DNA from: Flavobacteriales bacterium
GTDB taxonomy: Bacteria > Bacteroidota > Bacteroidia > M30B66
NCBI GenBank assembly: GCA_046294625.1
Contig: JBKBKN010000002.1
Location: 24,250 to 88,249, forward strand
Direction of reading: 5' to 3'
Length of the DNA stretch: 64,000 nucleotides
In this document: positions 19,513-28,990 of the stretch, piece after piece
Position numbering within the stretch: the first letter of the stretch is position 1
Layout of the letters: every line of letters begins with the position of its first letter
The notes under the pieces: generated by a model
Seen by the model: the letters and a program-made list of their open reading frames with translations, nothing else
The model's database searches: none
Told to the model about the DNA's origin: nothing
Translations under genes and position numbers: made by a program

Positions 19513-20754
19513 TTATACCACAGTCTCCATCGCACGCTGATAGAAGCCATCCTTCAATTTTCCACGAATGCTTGAGAATGCTTCAATGGTGTATTTCACA
19601 TCTTCTAAAGTGTGAACAGCTGTTGGAATCAATCGCAACATGATGATTCCTTTTGGAACTACCGGGTACACCACCATGGAGCAGAAAATATCAAAATTTT
19701 CGCGCAAATCATAAATCAAATTGGCAGCTTCTGGAATGGTGCCATTCAAATAAACAGGAGTTACCGGCGATTGCGTCTTGCCGATTTCAAATCCGGCTTC
19801 CTTCAATCCATTTTGCAGTGCATGAACGATTTTCCAGAGATTGTCTTTTAACTCCGGACGTGTGCGAAGCAACTCAAGTCGCTTCAATGCACCAACCACC
19901 AATGGCATCGGCAATGATTTAGCAAAAATCTGTGAGCGCATGTTGTAGCGAAGATATTCTACTACCTGCGCATCGGCAGCGATGAAAGCACCGATGGTAG
20001 CCATAGCCTTTGCAAAAGTGCCAAAATAGATATCTATACCATTCTGTACACCTTGTTCTTCGCCAGTTCCGGCTCCGGTTTTGCCCATGGTGCCAAATCC
20101 ATGTGCATCGTCCACCATCAAGCGGAATTCGTATTTTGATTTCAAAGCCACAATCTCTTTCAACTTACCCTGATCGCCGCTCATGCCAAACACACCTTCG
20201 GTGATAACCAAAATAGCGCCACCGGTTTCGTTAATGATTTTAGTGGCACGCTGAAGTTGTTTCTCCAGATTATCAATATCGTTGTGCGGAAATACAAAGC
20301 GTTTGCCCATGTGCAATCTCACCCCATCAATGATGCAGGCGTGCGATTCCGAATCATAGACAATCACATCCTTGCGATCGACCAAGGCATCGATAGCTGA
20401 AAGTATGCCCTGATAACCGTAGTTAAGCAGAATAGCATCTTCTTTGCCTTCAAATTCAGCCAATTGCTTTTCGAGCAACTCATGATTGTCAGAATTGCCC
20501 GACATCATTCTTGCACCCATTGGATGAGCCATACCATACTGTGCAGCTGCTTCAGCGTCAGCTTTGCGCACTTCAGGATGATTTGCCAATCCCAAGTAGT
20601 TATTCAAACTCCAGTTCAGTCGTTCTTTGCCTTTGAAAACCATTCTAGGCCCTATGTCGCCTTCAAGTTTAGGAAAGGTAAAATAACCGTGCACATCCTT
20701 GGCATAGCTTCCCAAAGGACCGCGGTTAAGCTTTAGTTTTTCAAATAAATCCAT
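19513..20754 (-). CDS. PLP-dependent alpha-oxoamine synthase family enzyme (Kbl / BioF / serine palmitoyltransferase / cysteate-acyltransferase-like), 413 aa.
   Basis: Conserved ...NNYLGLANHP..., DSESHACIIDG, MVDDAHGFGTMG and PLP-lysine motif GTFAKAMATIGAF. The track start at 20865 is preceded by 37 poorly conserved residues. I chose MDLFEKLKLNRGPLG (ATG at 20752-20754). Confidence 0.8.
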   Translation of the reverse strand: MDLFEKLKLNRGPLGSYAKDVHGYFTFPKLEGDIGPRMVFKGKERLNWSLNNYLGLANHPEVRKADAEAAAQYGMAHPMGARMMSGNSDNHELLEKQLAEFEGKEDAILLNYGYQGILSAIDALVDRKDVIVYDSESHACIIDGVRLHMGKRFVFPHNDIDNLEKQLQRATKIINETGGAILVITEGVFGMSGDQGKLKEIVALKSKYEFRLMVDDAHGFGTMGKTGAGTGEEQGVQNGIDIYFGTFAKAMATIGAFIAADAQVVEYLRYNMRSQIFAKSLPMPLVVGALKRLELLRTRPELKDNLWKIVHALQNGLKEAGFEIGKTQSPVTPVYLNGTIPEAANLIYDLRENFDIFCSMVVYPVVPKGIIMLRLIPTAVHTLEDVKYTIEAFSSIRGKLKDGFYQRAMETVV

Positions 20755-20870
20755 GCTTGATTTTAATTTGGTGCAAAGATATGTTAATTTCCTGCTCCAT
20801 TTCACATGGTTAATAAGATGTGTAAGGCTTGTTAATAAGCTTTTAATCCTGAAGCACAATGGCAAGCAGT

Positions 20871-21470
20871 TTAGCTCATCAGCTCGTTTAACTCCTGAAG
20901 CAAAACGCTATCTTCTCCTTCTGTTTCTTCGATATGCTTTATTAATTTATTCATTGCATTTTCCAAAATCTGATGTAGTTCCAACAAGTGCAAGTCATGT
21001 TGGACGAAATATATGCGACTGATATAGTCATCCATAAACACTGAGGCGATCATATCATCGTTTTTTTCTTGTTTTCTTATTCTGTCTATCGCATCAAGCA
21101 TGGCTTTGAATAGTATTTCTTTATCAGCTTGTACAATCCAAAAAATCACATAATTTTCGCCAAACAAATCCATATCAGTACTTTCGCCTGCAAGCGATGA
21201 AGGGGTATCGTCGAAAAACAAAAATGCTTCATCTACTTGACCATCATCGTCGGCAAAGCGCCAGTCAAACATTTCTCTCTTCTCGGGATGGGTTGGCATT
21301 TCCGGTTTTGGAATCCTGTTTCGTAAATCTGAAATATTGTTGGAAGTGACAATCTCGTCGAAACCCATGATGGTGAAAGCGCCCGAATTATCAGATTTTA
21401 CACGCACATTACTTGCTAATGCAAAAATTGGTATTTCCTTTGCATCAAACCATGCTTTAAATGTATTCAT
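20871..21470 (-). CDS. Hypothetical acidic cytoplasmic protein (~199 aa), no recognisable family.
   Basis: ORF of 207 aa from a TTG at 21494; the first ATG is at 21470 (MNTFKAWFDAKEIP...). Highly acidic (D/E-rich), no TM segment and no signal peptide. Divergent from the DUF2141 gene. Confidence 0.5.
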   Translation of the reverse strand: MNTFKAWFDAKEIPIFALASNVRVKSDNSGAFTIMGFDEIVTSNNISDLRNRIPKPEMPTHPEKREMFDWRFADDDGQVDEAFLFFDDTPSSLAGESTDMDLFGENYVIFWIVQADKEILFKAMLDAIDRIRKQEKNDDMIASVFMDDYISRIYFVQHDLHLLELHQILENAMNKLIKHIEETEGEDSVLLQELNELMS

Positions 21471-21570
21471 ATTATAATTGAGTTGAATTGCCAAGCGAAA
21501 CTACATATTTAACAATAGCCGCAAGAAAAATCTTAAAACAATCTGAGTTAAATTTCATTTACAAAGTTTC

Positions 21571-22011
21571 ATGCAAATCATCTACACTTGTCTAATTTCT
21601 ATCCTTGCCTTTATGAACATGGACAGCCAACAATCCAATAGCAAATTGACTATCAATCTGAATGGTCTACGAAACGACAAAGGAAATGTGATGATCGGCG
21701 TGTACGATAAAGCCGATGGATTCCCGGACGACTATCAGAAAATCTATCTGCAGAAAATTTATCCCGCATCTGATGTGATTAGTAAACCTATCATAATCGA
21801 AGTTCCTAGAAATAAAAAATACGCAGTAGCGATTATTCACGACGAAAATAAAAACAATAAACTGGATACCAATTTTTTAGGCATGCCCACTGAAGGATAT
21901 GGCTTTAGCAACAACAAAACAGGGGTGTTCGGTGCTCCTTCGTTTAAGGATTGCTGTTTCGACATTGGGGATGTTTCGCAAAAATCAATCCATATCAAAT
22001 TGAAATATTGA
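21571..22011 (+). CDS. DUF2141-family small secreted protein.
   Basis: N-terminal hydrophobic signal, then ...GNVMIGVYDKADGFPDD...YAVAIIHDENKNNKLDTNFLGMPTEGYGFSNN..., which matches my memory of the DUF2141 pattern (HDxNxNxKLDxNxxGxPxExYGFSNN). Confidence 0.6.
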   Translation: MQIIYTCLISILAFMNMDSQQSNSKLTINLNGLRNDKGNVMIGVYDKADGFPDDYQKIYLQKIYPASDVISKPIIIEVPRNKKYAVAIIHDENKNNKLDTNFLGMPTEGYGFSNNKTGVFGAPSFKDCCFDIGDVSQKSIHIKLKY

Positions 22012-22204
22012 TGATGCTGCTCGTATTTGCATTGCAAACTTATAGAGTGACTAAACGCCGAAAAGGTGAATAATGGTGCCTGTAAAGCTCTATTTAAAAA
22101 CCTGTTAGGACTGCCTAAATCGAATGCAGAATACTGTTCTCAGCAAAATTGCATGTGTTATTCGGGATAAATCTTTATTTTCGCGACCACTAAATTGAAA
22201 ACGA

Positions 22205-24244
22205 ATGTACAAAAGAGTCTGTTTAATCGCACTAGCGTGTGCCATGAGCAGTGCCATAATGGCCCAAACGGGAAAAACTAGCACTTCCAACAGAAACCTG
22301 AATAAGCAAACCACGAAGGCAGAAGCCAACCCTCAAGTAGTGAAAGCGGCTGAAGATCCTGTGCTGATGACCATTAGCGGTAAAAACATTACCCGGTCGG
22401 AATTTGAGCACATTTTCAAAAAAAACAATCCCAAGGATGCTAAAATAGACCGTCAGGCATTGGATGAATATCTTGAGTTGTTTATCAATTTCAAACTCAA
22501 AGTGGCAGCTGCTGAAGCTGAAGGAAAAGACACGATGCGTTCATTTAAGAATGAACTTGCAGGCTATCGCCGTCAGTTGGCAGAACCCTATCTTCGCGAC
22601 AAAGATGTGAGCGAAATGCTCATTCAGGAAGCTTACGAACGCGGAAAGACCGATGTGCACGCAAGCCATATTTTGATTGCGGTTGATCAGAACGCGTCAC
22701 CAAAGGATACGCTTGAAGCATTTAAAAAAATCATTCGTGCACGTGAACGTGTTTTAAGGGGCGAAAGCTTTGATAATGTGGCTCGTCAGGTTTCTGAAGA
22801 CCCTTCGGCAAAACAAAATGGCGGTGATTTGGGCTATTTCACTTCCATGATGATGGTTTACCCTTTCGAAACTGCTGCCTACAACACCCCTATCGGTGAA
22901 GTTTCTATGCCGGTTCGCACGCGATTTGGTTACCATATTGTGAAGGTGCACGACCGGCGCCCTGCTCAGGGACAAGTGCGTGTGGCACACATCATGGTGC
23001 GTGTGCCCGAAAATGCTTCAGATTCAACCGAAAAGGAATTAAAAGCTAAGATTGATGAGATTTATCAACGAGTGCTCAAAGGAGAAGACTTTGGCGATTT
23101 GGCACAAAAATATTCCGACGACCGCACTTCAGGTAAAAGCGGTGGACAATTGGCTTGGTTTGGAACCGGGCGAATGGTGCCTGAATTTGAAAAAGCGGCA
23201 TTCGCTTTGAAAAGAGAAGGTGAAGTAGCCCCCCCGGTGCGCACTTCATTTGGCTATCACATTATCAAACTACTCGAAAGAAAAGGTATTCCAAGTTTTG
23301 ATGAAGTAAAAGGAGAGTTAAAACTCAAAATCAGCAAGGATTCCCGCTCTCAACTGAGCCGCACTGCCATCATCGAAAGAGTAAAAACGGAAAACAATTT
23401 CCGCGAAGACCTTAAGGCCTTAGACGAATTAATCAAGGTGGTGGACACTACCTATTTGAATGCCAAATGGGATAAAGACAGAGCAGAAAAACTGAGAAAG
23501 CCCTTGTTTTCCATAGGGAATAAAACATTCACCCAATTCGATTTTGCCGACTACCTAGAGTTTAACCAATCAAGGCTAGCCTTCGATACAGATATTCCGG
23601 CATTGGTTCGTAAGACTTATCGCACTTGGGTAGAAGACAAAATTATCGAATTTGAAGATGCACAATTGGAACAAAAATATGATCAGTTCCGTCTGCTCAT
23701 GCAAGAATATCGCGATGGTATTTTGCTATTCGAAATCACTGATAAAATGGTATGGTCAAAGGCTTTGGAAGACTCAGCCGGCCTTGCAGCATTTCATGAA
23801 GCAAATCGCTCCAAATACATGTGGGGTGAGCGTTTAGATGCTGTAATTTATACTGCAAAAGATGAGAAAACAGCAAAAGCCGCTCGCAAACTTATTGCCA
23901 AGCGCAGTAAAAAAGGCTATCAGCCGGAAGAAATCGTGAAAGAACTCAATAAAACTTCGCAACTCAACCTGCAAATGCAAAAAGGTTTATTCTCTGCCGG
24001 CGAAAACGAAGTAATTGACATGGCTCCACGTCAGACAGGTATTTCGCAGAACTACAACAGACCTGAAGGAGTGGTTTTTGTAGTGGTGAATAGTGTGCTT
24101 GCACCTATGCCAAAATCGATCAGTGAAGCAAGAGGACTCATCACTTCCGATTATCAAAATTATCTGGAGAAGGAATGGCTGAAATCGCTCAGACAAAAAT
24201 TCCCGGTGAATGTGAATAAAGATGTACTTTACAGTATTCAATAA
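22205..24244 (+). CDS. Periplasmic peptidyl-prolyl cis-trans isomerase with two parvulin (PpiC-type) domains, SurA/PpiD-like, 679 aa.
   Basis: Signal peptide MYKRVCLIALACAMSSAIMAQ. Two parvulin cores: GGDLGYFTSMMMVYPFETAAY...FGYHIVKVHDRR and GGQLAWFGTGRMVPEFEKAAF...FGYHIIKLLERK. Confidence 0.85.
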   Translation: MYKRVCLIALACAMSSAIMAQTGKTSTSNRNLNKQTTKAEANPQVVKAAEDPVLMTISGKNITRSEFEHIFKKNNPKDAKIDRQALDEYLELFINFKLKVAAAEAEGKDTMRSFKNELAGYRRQLAEPYLRDKDVSEMLIQEAYERGKTDVHASHILIAVDQNASPKDTLEAFKKIIRARERVLRGESFDNVARQVSEDPSAKQNGGDLGYFTSMMMVYPFETAAYNTPIGEVSMPVRTRFGYHIVKVHDRRPAQGQVRVAHIMVRVPENASDSTEKELKAKIDEIYQRVLKGEDFGDLAQKYSDDRTSGKSGGQLAWFGTGRMVPEFEKAAFALKREGEVAPPVRTSFGYHIIKLLERKGIPSFDEVKGELKLKISKDSRSQLSRTAIIERVKTENNFREDLKALDELIKVVDTTYLNAKWDKDRAEKLRKPLFSIGNKTFTQFDFADYLEFNQSRLAFDTDIPALVRKTYRTWVEDKIIEFEDAQLEQKYDQFRLLMQEYRDGILLFEITDKMVWSKALEDSAGLAAFHEANRSKYMWGERLDAVIYTAKDEKTAKAARKLIAKRSKKGYQPEEIVKELNKTSQLNLQMQKGLFSAGENEVIDMAPRQTGISQNYNRPEGVVFVVVNSVLAPMPKSISEARGLITSDYQNYLEKEWLKSLRQKFPVNVNKDVLYSIQ

Positions 24245-24260
24245 AAATTAAAACTTCGAA

Positions 24261-24297
24261 AACCAAAGTTCTGTGAAATGACAGAACTTTGGTTTTT
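24261..24297 (+). terminator. Rho-independent terminator after the PPIase gene.
   Basis: AACCAAAGTTCTGtgaaatgaCAGAACTTTGGTTtttc: a perfect 13-bp inverted repeat plus a T-run. Confidence 0.65.
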
Positions 24298-24318
24298 CAT
24301 TTCTATCCTATCACGAAA

Positions 24319-25185
24319 ATGCTAACAGGCATTGCCAATTACAAGGTACTTCTCTTCCTTACCACTTTGCTGGCATGCTATTCGTGTGGGAATAAGAACA
24401 ACAAGAATGAAGCGTATATAGCCAGGGTGTATGATAAATATCTCTTCCCCGACGACATTGATAACCTGGTTCCTTATGGTACACCAAAGGAAGACTCTAT
24501 CAATATTGTAAATGATTATGTTCAAAACTGGATTAGACAAATGCTTTTGCTGAAAAAGGCAGAACTCAACCTTTCACCAGAGTTAATGGACATAGAGAAA
24601 CAGCTGGAAGACTATCGAAACTCGCTGATTATTTTTAACTACGAAAGAGAATTGCTTCAGCAAAAACTGGACACTGTGGTGAGTATGGATGAAATCACGC
24701 AGTATTATAAAGATAATGAGCGCAATTTTCAATTGCGAAACAACATCATTCGTCTGCGCTACCTGAAACTTTCGGCCAAAACCCCTAATCTGGACAAGGT
24801 GCGTCGCTGGTACCGTTCCGAAAATGCTGATGACCTCGACAAACTTGCCAAGCTTGCAACCTTATATGCAGTAAACTATCTGCTTGATGATAACAATTGG
24901 CTCATTTTTGACGAAGTACTTAAAGAGATTCCCTTGTCAGGCTATGGAATTGACGATTTTAACAGAAATAAACGTTATTTTGAGATTAATGACGGACAAT
25001 ATATTTACTTTGTAGCCGTCAAAGGATTTATGATGAAAGAAAGTCGATCGCCACTCAGTTTCGAGATGGACAACATTCGCAAAATCATTATCAATCAACG
25101 CAAAAGACAACTAATTGACCAAATGCAACAGGATATCTACAATGATGCATTAAATAAAAATGAAGTGGAAATACGTGAGAAATAA
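24319..25185 (+). CDS. SurA-N-terminal-domain-like periplasmic lipoprotein (chaperone-like, no PPIase domain), 288 aa.
   Basis: The first ATG after the terminator gives MLTGIANYKVLLFLTTLLACYSCGNK (lipobox). The body resembles SurA/PpiD N-terminal chaperone regions. The track start at 24289 is a TTG inside the terminator. Confidence 0.6.
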   Translation: MLTGIANYKVLLFLTTLLACYSCGNKNNKNEAYIARVYDKYLFPDDIDNLVPYGTPKEDSINIVNDYVQNWIRQMLLLKKAELNLSPELMDIEKQLEDYRNSLIIFNYERELLQQKLDTVVSMDEITQYYKDNERNFQLRNNIIRLRYLKLSAKTPNLDKVRRWYRSENADDLDKLAKLATLYAVNYLLDDNNWLIFDEVLKEIPLSGYGIDDFNRNKRYFEINDGQYIYFVAVKGFMMKESRSPLSFEMDNIRKIIINQRKRQLIDQMQQDIYNDALNKNEVEIREK

Positions 25186-26512
25186 ACTCTTTGCATTTAT
25201 CGTGCTGCTTATGGCAGGCTTTCTTCATGCTCAACCCACTTTAATCGACAAAGTAGTGGCTGTGGTAGGCGATAAACCCATTCTCTTTTCTGATATTGAA
25301 AATCAATATTTGCAGGTGGTAGGAAAAGACAAAGAAGACCTCGACTTTAAATGTGAGCTGCTGGAAGAATTGCTTTTTCAAAAATTACTTTTTGCACAAG
25401 CAGAAAAAGATTCTGTGGAAGTTAACGATCAGCAGGTAGATGCTGAGTTGAATAAAAAAATCAGGTATTTTGTAAGTCAAATCGGCTCGGTAGAGAGGCT
25501 CGAAGCGCAATTAGGCAAATCATTAATTGAGCTCAAAGATGAATTTCGCGATCGCATTAAGGAGCAACTCATCGTGCAAACCATGCAACAAAAAATTGCA
25601 GGCGATGTAAATGTTTCACCCGCCGAAGTGAAAGCTTACTACGAACGCATTCCGAAAGATAGCCTGCCACTCATACCTAGCGAAGTGCAGGTAGCCCACA
25701 TTTTGAAAAAACCGCCCATCAACGATAAGGAAAAACAGCGCGTGCGCGAAGAACTGCAGCGAATAAGAAAAGACATTATCAATGGTCGCAGTTTTGCTTC
25801 CATGGCTGTGATTTATTCCGAAGATCCCGGCTCAGCCACCAAAGGCGGAGAGCTTGGATTTGTGAACCGTGGCGAATTGATGCCCGAATTTGAAGCTGCG
25901 GCTTTCAATCTTCAAGGAAAAGAGATATCAGATATCGTAGAAACCGTGTATGGTTTTCACATCATTCAGCTGATTGAACGAAGAGGTGAAACCATTAACT
26001 GCCGCCACATTTTGCTTACGCCCAAAGCTTCGTCGGCCGATTTGGAAAAAGCCAGGGTTACGTTGGATAGCCTTTACAACGAAATTGAAAAAGGAACCAT
26101 CACTTTCGAAGATGCTGTCTTGAAATTTTCTGATGATGCGGAGACCAAATATAACCGAGGCCTTTTGGTAAACCCAATGTCCGGCTCCACCTGGTTTGAA
26201 ATTGCTCAACTCGATCAACAACTCTTTTTTGTGATTGATAAAATGAAAGCGGGCGATGTTTCCATACCGGCATTGGTTAGAGTGGGTGAAAAAAAGGAAG
26301 CTTACCGTCTGATCAAATTAGTAAACAGAACAGATCCACATCGTGCTAATTTAAAGGACGACTACAGCCGTATTCAAATGGCTGCAGAAGCAGAAAAGCG
26401 CGATAAAATTTTAGGTGACTGGATTAAACGCAAGAAAAAAAATTATTTCATTAAAATTGACCCCATGTTCAACTTCTGCAATCTGGAAGAAGAGTGGAGC
26501 AACAAAAACTAA
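25160..26512 (+). CDS. surA: Peptidyl-prolyl isomerase SurA (periplasmic chaperone), 450 aa.
   Basis: Signal peptide MKWKYVRNKLFAFIVLLMAGFLHAQ; parvulin domain ...SEDPGSATKGGELGFVNRGELMPEFEAAAF...VYGFHIIQLIERR; a second, degenerate parvulin follows. Overlaps the upstream gene by 26 nt. Confidence 0.8.
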   Translation: MKWKYVRNKLFAFIVLLMAGFLHAQPTLIDKVVAVVGDKPILFSDIENQYLQVVGKDKEDLDFKCELLEELLFQKLLFAQAEKDSVEVNDQQVDAELNKKIRYFVSQIGSVERLEAQLGKSLIELKDEFRDRIKEQLIVQTMQQKIAGDVNVSPAEVKAYYERIPKDSLPLIPSEVQVAHILKKPPINDKEKQRVREELQRIRKDIINGRSFASMAVIYSEDPGSATKGGELGFVNRGELMPEFEAAAFNLQGKEISDIVETVYGFHIIQLIERRGETINCRHILLTPKASSADLEKARVTLDSLYNEIEKGTITFEDAVLKFSDDAETKYNRGLLVNPMSGSTWFEIAQLDQQLFFVIDKMKAGDVSIPALVRVGEKKEAYRLIKLVNRTDPHRANLKDDYSRIQMAAEAEKRDKILGDWIKRKKKNYFIKIDPMFNFCNLEEEWSNKN

Positions 26513-26523
26513 GCGAACTGAAA

Positions 26524-27498
26524 ATGAAGAAAAATTTTAGTAACGACGCCGAGGCCGTAGATGGACTTAGAGATGCCTACAAAACCCTAAAGGCTGAAAT
26601 TGGCAAAGTGGTGATTGGTCAAGACGATGTGATTAAAGATGTGTTGATTTCAATTTTCAGCAAAGGGCATTGTTTGCTGGTGGGTGTACCCGGGCTTGCT
26701 AAAACCCTTCTGGTAACCACCATCTCAAGGGTTTTGGGACTGGAATACAACCGTATTCAGTTCACACCCGATCTCATGCCTTCTGATATCATCGGGGCTG
26801 AAATACTCGATGAAGACCGCCATTTCAAATTCATAAAAGGGCCGATTTTTGCCAATATCATCTTAGCCGATGAGATCAACCGTACCCCGCCTAAAACGCA
26901 AGCTGCACTGCTGGAAGCGATGCAGGAAAAAGCCGTAACCGCTGCAGGCAAAAGATATGAACTGGGTAGGCCATTTTTTGTGCTTGCCACCCAAAACCCT
27001 ATCGAGCAAGAAGGAACCTATCCCCTGCCCGAAGCGCAGCTTGACCGTTTCATGTTTAATATCTGGGTGGACTATCCAAAATATGAAGATGAACTGCTGG
27101 TGGTGAAAAGCACCACATCTGACCAACAGGTAGAATTGAGAAATGTAATTAGTGGAGAAGAAATTCTGTATTTCCAGGAGCTTGTTCGCCGCATTCCAGT
27201 CACAGATCATGTGTTGGAATATGCCGTAAAACTATCTGTTAAAACACGTCCCAACTCTGAGCATGCGCCTGATGTGGTGAAGAAATACATCGGCTGGGGA
27301 TCAGGCCCACGTGCTTCGCAGTTTTTGGTGCTTGGTGCTAAATGCCATGCTGCACTAAATGGAAAATATGCCCCCGATATTGAAGATGTGAACGCTGTAG
27401 CCAAAGCCATTCTTCGCCACCGACTGGTGCGAAACTATAAGGCAGAAGCTGAGGGTCTAACCGTAGATCACATCGTAGATCAGCTAATGAGTAAATAG
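26524..27498 (+). CDS. MoxR-family AAA+ ATPase.
   Basis: ...VIGQDDVIKDVLISIFSKGHCLLVGVPGLAKTLLV (Walker A), ...PIFANIILADEINRTPPKTQAALLEAMQE (Walker B / sensor). The ATG at 26524 (MKKNFSND) is preferred over the upstream 26494 start that overlaps surA. Confidence 0.85.
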   Translation: MKKNFSNDAEAVDGLRDAYKTLKAEIGKVVIGQDDVIKDVLISIFSKGHCLLVGVPGLAKTLLVTTISRVLGLEYNRIQFTPDLMPSDIIGAEILDEDRHFKFIKGPIFANIILADEINRTPPKTQAALLEAMQEKAVTAAGKRYELGRPFFVLATQNPIEQEGTYPLPEAQLDRFMFNIWVDYPKYEDELLVVKSTTSDQQVELRNVISGEEILYFQELVRRIPVTDHVLEYAVKLSVKTRPNSEHAPDVVKKYIGWGSGPRASQFLVLGAKCHAALNGKYAPDIEDVNAVAKAILRHRLVRNYKAEAEGLTVDHIVDQLMSK

Positions 27499-27602
27499 GC
27501 ATAACCTGCGACTTTAACAAAATTTTTAGTACCCAAATTCGAAAGCTGACATAGGTCATTGTTTTGCATGTGCGAAGGGAAATACTTTCGTAGTATCAAA
27601 AA

Positions 27603-28973
27603 ATGTATCTGATGGAAAGTTTGTTTCGCAAATATCTGACCGCTGCACCGCGCTATACATCCTACCCTACTGTTCCTGCATGGAATCACAAGAATTTTGA
27701 CTTGGACAGCTACAAGGAAAGACTGAAAAACTCATTTATGACCGCTTCGGCTCATGGCGAAAGTATCAGTCTGTATATTCACTTGCCTTTTTGCGAAAGC
27801 TTGTGTACCTATTGTGGATGCAATACCCGAATTACCAAAAATCACGCAGTAGAGCAACCTTATATTCAATCGCTTTTGTTGGAATGGAGCATGTATTTGG
27901 AACTGTTTGAAACCACTCCTGTGATTGGCGAAATTCACTTAGGTGGTGGCACACCCACCTTTTTTACCCCCGAAAATCTAGGTATGTTAATAGAAAGCAT
28001 TTCGAGTTCTGCCATTATCGCTGAAGATGCTCAACTGAGTTTCGAAGGGCATCCGGGCAATACCACCCTACAGCATCTCAAGGTGCTTTATGAAGCCAGA
28101 TTTCGCAGAGCAAGCTTTGGTATTCAGGACTTTTCGCCGGATGTGCAACAAATCATCAATCGTCATCAATGTGTAGAACAGGTGGAAACAGTAACCCGTC
28201 AGGCACGCAGTATCGGATATGAGTCTGTTAACTATGATCTTGTATATGGTCTTCCCGGGCAAACGGTAGAAAGCCTGAAGAATACCTTGATGGAAGTGAA
28301 AAAACTAAAGCCCAACCGGATTGCATTTTACAGTTATGCACATGTGCCCTGGCTTAAACCGGCTCAAAAAAGTTTCTCAGCTGAGATTTTACCCGATGCA
28401 AATTTGAAGATGAAACTGTACCTTCTCGGGAAAGAAATGCTAAAAGAGTATGGCTATGTGGAAATCGGAATGGATCACTTCGCCTTACCCGGCGATAGAT
28501 TGGTGAGAAGCATGAAAGAAGGTGAACTGCATCGAAATTTTATGGGTTACACTACCAGTAAAGCGCATGTAATGATTGGTCTTGGCGTTTCTTCCATTAG
28601 CGATGCCTGGACCGGATTTGCACAAAATCATAAAACACTCGAAGCATATTCAGAAGCACTGCAAAAGGGTGAGCTTCCCATTTTCAGAGGCCACCTGCAT
28701 AGCAGAAATGACTTGGTGCTACGTTGCCATATTTTGAATATCATCTGCCATTTTAAAACATCGTGGCATAAAGCCCATCAGCAGTCCGACATGATTTACG
28801 AAGCCACCAAAAGTTGGAAAAAAATGGAAGAAGATGGACTAATAGAGCTGCACCCTTATGAACTCCATGTGACGGAAACAGGTCGGCATTTTCTGCGCAA
28901 CATCTGTGCAGCACTCGATCCATTTCTAGAACAAAGTGCTGAGAAGAAAAATCTCTTCAGCTCGACGGTTTAA
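27603..28973 (+). CDS. hemN: Oxygen-independent coproporphyrinogen III oxidase (radical SAM, HemN).
   Basis: ...PRYTSYPT..., radical-SAM cluster motif YIHLPFCESLCTYCGCN, HemN C-terminal region. Confidence 0.85.
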   Translation: MYLMESLFRKYLTAAPRYTSYPTVPAWNHKNFDLDSYKERLKNSFMTASAHGESISLYIHLPFCESLCTYCGCNTRITKNHAVEQPYIQSLLLEWSMYLELFETTPVIGEIHLGGGTPTFFTPENLGMLIESISSSAIIAEDAQLSFEGHPGNTTLQHLKVLYEARFRRASFGIQDFSPDVQQIINRHQCVEQVETVTRQARSIGYESVNYDLVYGLPGQTVESLKNTLMEVKKLKPNRIAFYSYAHVPWLKPAQKSFSAEILPDANLKMKLYLLGKEMLKEYGYVEIGMDHFALPGDRLVRSMKEGELHRNFMGYTTSKAHVMIGLGVSSISDAWTGFAQNHKTLEAYSEALQKGELPIFRGHLHSRNDLVLRCHILNIICHFKTSWHKAHQQSDMIYEATKSWKKMEEDGLIELHPYELHVTETGRHFLRNICAALDPFLEQSAEKKNLFSSTV

Positions 28974-28990
28974 ATGTTCTATTCGCTAGA

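Noticed and set aside
26494-26523. Upstream in-frame ATG (MEQQKLSELK...) as the MoxR start.
   Set aside because: It overlaps the surA stop by 19 nt and adds non-conserved residues. The ATG at 26524 gives the typical MoxR length, though the upstream start is not excluded.
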